A stretch of DNA of 64,000 nucleotides from Paragordius varius (Eukaryota; Animalia; Nematomorpha), in assembly GCA_964247055.1 (NCBI GenBank), contig OZ176054.1, forward strand, positions 5,642,001 through 5,706,000, given 5' to 3'. The position numbers and the translations under genes were made by a program. Below are positions 48,701 through 58,900 of the stretch, piece by piece. Position 1 is the first letter of the stretch, and each line of letters starts with the position of its first letter. The notes under the pieces were generated by a model, which was given only the letters and a program-made list of their open reading frames with translations, was not told where the DNA came from and ran no database searches.

Positions 48701-50722
48701 CATTGGTATATATTATTTTTTTCGAAATATTAGATAACTAACTATTAATCTACGTATCACATTACATTTAAAAAAAATTGTAAAATATTCTACCAGCCAT
48801 CATAAAATATAATTTAGTTGTAATTTTTTATAATTTAAAATAAACCACTAATTTTTTGGTTTAAAAAAAATTGGGATGTTATTTAAGGAACGATTTTGAC
48901 TTTAAATCCTATGTCACAACTTGTAATTTATGCTTTATCAAACGCAAATTTCACATAAAATAAGGTTAGCTGTAGGTAGACATACAAGGTGAGCCAAAAT
49001 CTTTCAACTTTTTTATTTCTTCGGGTTCAAAAATAATTTTTGCCCCGCCATATTCCATGTATTTGCGTGTAGGCTCAGCCATTTCAATGTCTTCCACATC
49101 CTCCTCAGGTAAATTGAGTTCTTCTCCTTTCTGAGATATAATTTCAAGCGTGTCTTTATCCAACTTAATGGGTGTAGGCATTTTGGAAGAGGACACGAGC
49201 GAGTACCTATAAATATTGGTTTATTCAATGGTTTTAAACCAGTAATGACAACATATTTTTACGGCCCATGAATATTTAGCAAATTACCAGGTAAAAATAT
49301 AAAATTCGATAATATGCAAATATATGCCATCTAAAACGTTGGTAAAATTGATATTTTTAAACAAATTTAAACCTGCATAAATTTTAATTTTGGCAACGAA
49401 GTGGCAATTAGAAAAATAAATAATAGTTATTTGTTCGTAAATTTTTTACAGTATTTTTATATCTAATATAATATTTAATGATGCTCATACATATTTATTC
49501 GAATGCAACCCTAGCCATTTGGGCATATATGCTTAAATATAATGTTTGCTTTATTAACATAATTTGTTTTTAAATTGAAATTATATTTGCAACAATATTT
49601 GTGAGGTAGAATAAAAAAATAAGTACTTAATCAAAAATTAAAGATTATAGGCTATGTCATGATACAAGGTTAAACTGACAAATTATATTAAATATTTATG
49701 ATACTGCAAACCAAACATAATAGAATCATATTATACGAAAAGACGAATATTGCATGATACCAAACTGCATATCAAAATGTAAACAGTAACATAATATTTT
49801 ACAGGGATATTCCGATAGCTAAATTTGGACCAATTATTAGAGGGAGTTTTGATATGGCTTTCTTATGATAATCGTAAATCCGGAGTCTGGAAGTCAGTTC
49901 ACGCAATATATCTTTATAATTTGGATATCCGTTAACTTCCTCATCGCTTAACCCTAAAACGTCCTAATATTATTTTGTTTGTCATTATGATACTTGATAA
50001 AAAAGTTTGAGATCAAATATTTTGTTGGAATACCCAACTATTTCAATATCAATGTTTTGCTCATACAAATCTTTTACCCTTTGCATTAGGAGTTTCTAAT
50101 TAAACATTTTCATGTTATATTTACCTTAGATTTGATATTATCCACCGGATTAGGATAAGCTGTAAAAAGAAAAACCTTTTTGGAACCAATTTTATACTTG
50201 CTAAAATAAATTTTATAAAAAAAAACTTGGAGATAAACATATTGGAACATAACCAAAAACACTCAGCCAAAGTACAATTTTCTTGCCCCCTTTCAAAAGA
50301 TGTATGATCTATGTGTTATATTTGGACGCCAACTTAATATAAGATATTCCAGTTTTTTGATAACATCCGCACCAATACTTTGGAAATCTTGATATACATA
50401 AATATGTTTAAATTCATTCATATTTTTTGTAATTTTCTACGTTATAAATATTTAATTACTGTATTAAAAAGTATAACTGCGTTTTGATTTTTATCATTTG
50501 CTATAATATCCCGTAACATCCAATCTCTGATTGTCTTAAATTATTATTAATTTTAACTTTGATGGTTAAAGAAAACCAATTTTCATCAAACATTTCATTT
50601 TCGCAATCAATTAAAAATATAGTGCCGTCTCTAAAATTAGCCTCCTCCTAGAAATTAAATTAATCCCATACATTATAATTTTCGTCGATTTCTTCATCAT
50701 TCCAAATATTTTCCCAATTCAT
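45754..50722 (-). CDS. XRCC6: Ku70 (vWA, beta-barrel, SAP domains), 16 exons
   Basis: Exons 50672-50722, 50558-50647, 50460-50534, 50334-50436, 50227-50308, 50125-50200, 49994-50095, 49803-49963, 48986-49206, 47986-48074, 47754-47882, 47059-47167, 46460-46552, 46192-46382, 46029-46088 and 45754-45876. Motifs [59 protein letters not shown], and [12 protein letters not shown]. Confidence 0.95.
47406..47545. repeat. 140-bp near-perfect hairpin in Ku70 intron 11
   Basis: Arms of about 54 bp (TTTCGATTACTACAAGTAATCTTTGTCAAA...) with 1 mismatch and a loop of about 32 nt. Confidence 0.9.
48376..48636. mobile_element. Second foldback MITE copy (fewer 21-bp units) in Ku70 intron 9
   Basis: Same termini and unit as 33736-34130, with about 2 left and 3 right units. 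Confidence 0.8.
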
Positions 50723-50753
50723 CGTGGTTAGATATCACATATGTTTAGCTTCT

Positions 50754-52627
50754 ATGCGTAAGGAAAAAGTTGTGCTTGCGTATTCGGGTGGTTTGGATAC
50801 CTCATGCATTCTTGTTTGGCTTATTGAAAACAATTATGATGTCATTGCATTTTTAGTTTTTGATATATTATTTTATTATTTAGGCAAATATTGGACAAGA
50901 AGAAGATTTTGATGAAGCCAGAGCCAAAGCTATGAAATTGGGTGCAATTAAAGTTATTTTGGTTATAATTGTGTTATAGGTAATTATTTCAGATTTGCGT
51001 AATACCTTCTTACAAGATTATATACTCCCATTGCTTCAATCTGGTGCTATGTATGAGCGGCGATATTTTATGGGTACAGCGATTGCAAGACCATGCATTG
51101 CTCATGAAATGATCAAAATAGCCAAAGAGGAAGGCGCAACTGCTGTTTCGCACGGAGCTACAGGGAAAGGCAATGATCAAGTAAGATTCGAGCTCGCTTT
51201 TTACGCTCTTCTCCCAAATGTTAACATAGTGGCCCCATGGAAAATACCAGCTTTCTATGAACGTTTTTGTGGTCGACCCGAATTATTTGAGTATGCTAAG
51301 CTAAAGGGAGTGCCCTTACCCCAATCACTTACACCGAAAACACCATGGAGTGTTGATTCTAATTTAATGCACAACTCTTATGAATCGGGTTTGTTGGAGG
51401 ACCCTTATAATACGGCACCCAAAAACTTATACCAATTAACACATGATCCATTTGTTGATATAGCAGGAGATGATAGCAATAATAATGGCAATAATGCTGA
51501 ATTAAAAGTATTAGGGACACCAAACATACCCGATGAAATTGAAATCTATTTTAAAGCCGGAGTACCCAATAGGCTTATTATCCACTCTTGTACGGATGAT
51601 GTAACGTGTCCCCCCAAAAAAGTTGCCAAAGTATCATCACAAATAAAAGAAAAAATCATCGAAAATGATTTGTTATCTCTTTACTGTAAATTGAACGAAT
51701 TGGCTTCACTCCATGGTATCGGTAGGATAGATATTGTTGAAAATCGGTTTATTGGCATGAAATCGAGAGGCATTTACGAAACACCAGGTTATCAAATTTT
51801 GTATGAAGCTTATCGTGATTTAGAAATGTTGGTTCTAGATCGGGAAGTCCTTAAAATTAAACGGTATAATGTGCATTCAATTAATGTTTTTTATATTTTT
51901 TATTGCTAATATTACACTATTTGTACAAATATTTTTGGAATCCTTGCCACAATTTTTTTTCCATATTAAAAAAACTTGCAATTTGAAAAAAATATATATT
52001 TTTGCCGACGGCTTTTTACATTGTCACAGTTATCGTTGCTTAATGTTCAATTATACCATTTTATAATATTGTTTAATAAGTATTTGGGTAACAGCGTGCA
52101 AACTTCGTCTAAAAGGCGTTACCCTTAAATTATATTGATTTTATATGACATTTTGTTATTAGATACTTATCCGATGTTTTTGCTGATCAAATTTACAATG
52201 GTTTTTGGTTTTCCCCTGAATGTGAATATACGCGAGCTTGCCTTCGTTTAGCAGATAAAAATCTAATTAGTGGGAGCGTTAAACTTCGTTTATTTAAAGG
52301 ACACATATACATACAAGCACGTCAACCGGAAAGATCTTTATCACTTTATGACAAAGACTTAGTTAGTATGGATATCAAGGGAGATTACAATCCTATAGAT
52401 GCTCAGGGATTCATTAAAATTAATGCTCTCAGGTTTATAATCAGATCTAAATTTTCGATAAGTTTTTAACATATAAATATTTAATTAAAACTTTTTGTGC
52501 TTTTAACAATTATGATCTATTTTGTTTGAAAATAAAATTGAGTCATATAATTTTATTGCATTATACTTGCTGTCTTAGATTGAAAGCCCATCAATTAAGG
52601 AAAGAACGATTGAATATTGAAATTTGA
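50754..52627 (+). CDS. ASS1: Argininosuccinate synthase, 5 exons
   Basis: join(50754-50855,50884-50952,50980-51863,52163-52432,52579-52627). [61 protein letters not shown]. Confidence 0.97.
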
Positions 52628-52982
52628 AACTACACAATTATATATAAAGATTATTTTATATTGTATACTACTGATAATATATCTTCACACATATTGTATA
52701 AACCGTTTTATTTAACCTTATTCAATTTCTGAATTTATTCGCTAAAAATCTAATGTGCAACATACATGATTTATAATAAATAAAATTATGGGTTGGGTAA
52801 ATCATCACATATACATTATTATAATATATTTTTGTAATAATAATTACAATTACGAAAGCAAAAAATATTTATGTCACATAATATAAATAAATATTAATTA
52901 AAATTAAACGAAAAATAAGGTAAATAAATGATGAGATAGATCGATATATTCTAGACATAAGCAATAACAAGCGCATCTCCTA

Positions 52983-55900
52983 TTATTTATCACTACCACC
53001 ATCACTTGGGGAAGAATTCATGACATCTCTTAACTTGTCCTTATATAAAATATTTATATCATATGTCAAATTTATGGTAAATTCTTAAAAAACAACTGAC
53101 AGCTTAAAATCAGTTTTTTGATTAATTTCTCTTATATGCAATGTCGCCTCCATTTTTTTCGGATATTAAGTTGAGTCATTTTCTTCATTAAAAAATATGA
53201 AAATTTAAAAAAACTACACTTTTGACCCGAATTCGGAACATTAAGCTTCTGTGAATAGCGGGATCGCACAAAATTTTACGCAAAAATTATATTTTTTAAT
53301 TCGAAAATATCGCTAAATATTTATCATTGCTCAGTATAAAAGTGCAAAAACAATTCGAATAAAAAATCTCATTTCTATTAAAACATAAATTAAAATGGTT
53401 TAAGGCGTTTTCATCATGTTTCTTTGATTAATTTAGAAAAACTAATATATAGTCGTCATAAAACGAGTTGAATTTAATGTTACCTTATCAATTTCAAAGA
53501 AATAGTTAAGAATTTATCTCGCCTTAATATAAAAGTTTTTTAAAATTTCAAGCATTTGAACTTTAAAACAGTTTAATATTGGTTTAACAATTTAATAATA
53601 AGGATTTAAGGTTTAAATATGCTTATTTATACATTACAAAAATGTTTTTATTTAAGTTTTTTTTCTACTTCAAAAAGTAAAATATATTTGGTGGAAAAAA
53701 ATTTCAAATTTTATTCAAACATTGAAAAATAGGAGCCATATTTTTTGTAACAATATTAAACTGAAAATATACGATATTACTTGAACGATTGGATCCAAAT
53801 CTTCAAATTTTAAAAGATTTCCAGTTCCATCATCATAAAATGTTTCCTCTACTAATTTTTTCTCTTCCTGCCCATCTTTTATAAATGTATGTTCCCGTGT
53901 TTTTTTCACTACCTTAATTCTAAATATCAAAGAGATGAATTTTTCGTATAATTTGATACATTTTACATAAATAATTAAAAAATTAAATCTACCTATTTAA
54001 AATAGTTTCATTTTCACTTTCACCAATAATTGTACGTGGTGTCGTGACATCTGTGTATAATAAAAAATTAAATTAAAACAACAACTAAAAAATAATATAA
54101 GCGCTGCTCAATTAAGCCTATCCGTATTGCAACAAAAGCTTATCAAATCTGGGCAAAAAGTCGAGACTAAACACGTTTATGTTTTGTGGTTTGAGCAAGC
54201 GTATGAAGAAGCTTATTGACAAAACCTAATCGCGTACCCTCATCTAAAAAAGAATATCGCCTTTTTTCGACCCCAGATATGATATCAATTTTTTCTTGTT
54301 GCAATGATGGTCGTTTTCGGCGAATGGGTGGTAAATCATAACCAGTAAAAACTTTTTGTTTAGGCACGTATTGATCGGTAAAAATACTAGAAACATAGTG
54401 TGGTGGAGATAACTTAGTCAAAAAAGCATTGTCTTCTATTTTTTTTGAACGTTGATTATTTTTTGTTGCACCAATACTCATTACACCTTTATTCTCATGC
54501 TTGGGTTGAGAGAATATGCGCCTATCTACATGAACTTCTTTACTTACGTTCATTATTCTACCCCGTTGAATGGAATCAATAACCTTAACTCTATCTTTCC
54601 CCTTATGCTGATCATTCATGAGAATCGGGTGTGACAAAACACTTTTATTTTTATTAATCAATGTGGTACAAATCGATTTTTTACTAGAATGTGGATCCTC
54701 AGTTTCATCCGACAAAGTTGTTTGACTTTGATCATCCGTATAAGTATACGAAGGGCAAGTGTAATACGATGATGAATGAGGTGCCGTAATTTCATTGGTA
54801 TATCCTGATAGGGTTGAACAACTTTCATCTTTGCTCAGGGTTTTATCACCTATGTCAAAAGGCGCTAAATTTAAGATGTCTGGTTCAATGGTTTTTAAGG
54901 AGCTGTCGTTGGCAGTTTCAAAATCGGATGAACATGTTTCTGTAAACATGGTATAGATGTTTTAATTTATCGACATGACATGAATATAAATAAACTAAAT
55001 GACAAACAGCGATTACACAATAAGAAGCGTATAATATGTCTAGAACAACCACACATCTCAAGCAGGACAAATACTATGAAACATTTAATAATAAATATGG
55101 TAATATTTGGTTTATTATTATATAATACAGCAACTATGAAATGACATCAAAGCTGGACAAATACTGTACAGTGAGATTTGGAATAAATACCAGGTAGATG
55201 ACGACTATGAATATCATCGATGCCTTCCCCCACATATATCAGAGCCCTTTTTAAAGCTTTGGCACTCAAATATTGGCTACATTCATCAAATTGGGAAATC
55301 TGATCAGGAATTTCAGTCGTTATAGAAGATTCCATATCCTTATTAGTATCAATTGATAATTCTACCCAACTATCATCATCATTCTCTTCTTCAGTCATTG
55401 TATCAGGAAAATCAGTTGGGCTGGGTTGTTTTCCTCCAATATTATACAAAGCCTGATCTATTGCGGTCGAGGTTAACGTTTGCGCAGTTTGAGTAATGCA
55501 TGGTATATGTTCTAAGGATGGAGATTTGTCCTTAAAAAATAAATCTGGAACTAGCAAAGGTTGGGGTGGTAAAGGATCGAGTTTGACAGAATGAAAAGGG
55601 ATGTTATAGTCAACACATTCAGCAGATGAAATAAATTCAAAATCATTCAAGTTTGTGATAGAATCATGGGTTTTTTCTTTCAAACAAGAGTCAACAAAAT
55701 TTTTGGCTTTTGTTTCAAAAAATTGTTTTATTTCATCAATAATTTCTTTTTCAATTTCATGATACCATTTCATACCTGTTTTATAGCTTTCCTTTGTATT
55801 ATCTAAAAGATTAATTAAGTCATTGTCAATGCGTAGTTTGGATGAAATGTTTTGACGAAATTTGATTTGATAATTCCCTATAATGTCGTATTTCAAATCT

Positions 55901-58900
55901 TCACATAAATCATCGATGTATTCAACCAAATTGTCCGTTAAAACTGAATCAAAGGGTATACATTCAGCACATATTTTATTTTCCAAACTTTGCAAAAATA
56001 GCTTGTAATAATAGGGTAATTTATCCAAAACTTTTGATACGCTACTCAAAATTTGAGTGCGTAATTCATTTTGTAATTTATTGCGTAAAACGTCATTCTT
56101 TACGTACAACATATCGAGAGTCTCATCGCTAAGCTGGTCAGCTAATGTGTGCGGAAAGTTATCTTCCAATAAATGATTTGCATTTTGAGTAAATGCATCA
56201 AGATATATTATTTGAATATCATTGGTTGTATCATCACTCTGTGGTAAAAGTTTTACTTCACGAAGCCTATGATCTATAGAATCATCATAGCTAAGGTCCT
56301 CGTGTAATAAATGCGAGGGTGATTTTTCCTTATAAAATGCAATGGCACTGGATGGACGCGAATCCACCAAAGAAGTTTCAGAAGAATGCGAACTAACGAG
56401 AACGACCCCATACCGTTCCGCCGTTGTTTCTAAATCTATTTCAGTGGGAATGTGAATTTCTTTCCCAACTACCACGGTATTACCGAGAGAATCTTTGCGT
56501 GTTATAACCACCTCCTCTTCATACCTTATGAAATTTTCGTCCTCGGTTAAATCGTGATTGGTAATTTGTTCAAACGTTTCATTTGGATCAGTAACATGCT
56601 TGCTAGTATCAGTGATAGTTTTTTCATTAGCAACTGTATTGTCTATAGTCTCTTCAATGTCAAGGGGACTATCAGTTCGAAAATGATAGTTCAATTTTGA
56701 TGGAAAAACTGTTTTTGCGGGAAGATATGGTGTATCACTTTTTTCAGTGATAGAAATTTCAATATCAGGATGTTTTAAATCATCGTCTTCAGTGTATGTG
56801 GTATCCGGTGATCTTTCTACTATACATACTGAATCATCAAAACGTACAGAATGTCTTTGTTGACATGTTAGGGGGTCAAAATCTATTTTAAGTTTATCAT
56901 CAACAACACCCGCTAAATTTTCAATAGATAACTTTTTTTCTTCAGAACTTTCAAAGTAATTATCTGCAGTTATAGATGAACTTAATGAGGGTGGTTTCAT
57001 TTCACGTTCCAAATAAATTGGTAAATTAATAGCTTCATCCACTGGAATCAGAGGTGGCGTAACGTTTTTGTATTCACCAATCATAACAATTTTACCATCA
57101 TCCGATTCGCCATTAGTGAACGAGTTATTTTCAATTTCTATCTGGGACGTATTAACAGATTCTCTTTTGTCGGTAGACACGGGTTTAGCAGGTTCCACTT
57201 TTTCGATATAAATAGACTCACTTATTTTGGACTCAATATTATTTATAATGTCTTTTACGGAAACTCTCGTTTGCGTTGATTCATCAAGAGATTCATTCGA
57301 TAAGCGCTTAGGAAAAGTGCGTACCTTTACACCTATAAATCAAGTGTTTGTCAATTCTTAAACTTTTAAAAATTATTATAAAAAAATGAATTATTCACAT
57401 ATCTAAAAAAATTATTAGATTCAACTTTTTGATATGTGATCATTTTTTTAATAAAACAATAGCATTAAATACCCGTCGCTTTTGAAGGAATGATAATTTC
57501 TTGTGTCGGTATTTGTTTTTTACCCTGGTTATCGGCTTTTTCAACCTTTTCGCCCACTTTATCTTTTGCTAGACATGGAAATAAATACAAACATTAACAT
57601 AATTAAATTATTGAAACAATAACATAGTATGAATGCCAACAAATGATATGACGAACAAAAGAAGTAGGTATATTTATACTATAAGATTCGTATTAACGTC
57701 GTGCATAATGTAGAAATAAAAATAAATGTATTAAAAACTCAAATTTTTGCCCAATGGCATCCTCAGAGGTTGTTAAAAAAATAAACTTAAAATAATATAA
57801 AATTAAATATAACATTGAAATTAAATATGTGACAAATGAATAATTATAAATTAATATAATGGATGTTTTCCTAAAAAATCATAATTAAAGTTTACACTCC
57901 GTAAAATCCAAATTGAATTTAAGCTTCAATTATACAATAATTAAAAAGCACCACATTGTAATTACAAAATTTAGTAGTGCAATTATGTCATATAAGCCTA
58001 AAAATTTAACTAAGCAAGGGGATAACTTGTCTATAATATTTAAATATTAAGTTGATCCTGTTGTAATATGGAATGGTATAGTTATAACCAAACGGATATA
58101 TTTGAAATTGCCATATACATTTTTTATAATTAGCAGATTTTTATATTCGGTGTTTGTTTTTTAAATTATTGTCGTCAAAAAAAGGGCATAATTGATTTTT
58201 ATGTAAATACACTATGTATGTATTTGTGGATTTATGCTATATTTGATGGAGATAAGATTTAATTTTAAACAAAAAATAAAATATTATTATTACTAAATAT
58301 ATATTTTTTGCAATTTTTCGAATATTATCAATATTACAAGTTTCAGCCAAAATTATTTAATTAACACCATTAAAATTTAATAATAAAATGTTATGCGTTA
58401 ATTAAGCTTATTAATTCAAAGGATCTTTGCAACTGGCCATAAAATTATCTAATTCTATCAATTAAATTTAAACATTTGCAAAGTGTAACTTACTAGAATC
58501 TTGTATGTTATTTAAGCGAATCTTTTGTAGGTTAGCTGACGTATCGTCCGTATCTCTCAATACCTGTCCAAACATTTTTATTTTTTCATCGTCTGAAAGA
58601 TGGATCAATCCCGGAGGTTTGGGAATTTTAGATGGGATCTTAACGGGTTGAATTAATTCTTCGTTGACAAGGGGACCGGTGTAGGTAGCATCGTTCGATA
58701 ACGAAGAATATTTTGGATTGCTGGCTTGAAAGGTTGGTGCACTTTTGGGTACAATAGGTGCATCATTTAAACTTGTTGGTGTTGTGGTATTGCCCGCATT
58801 ATTTTTGTAAATATCAAAAGATTGCTTAATCTTATCCGAATTTACTACATGTGGTTGAGTAGCAACCGAAGTATGGGATGGTGATACACAAGATGCATCC

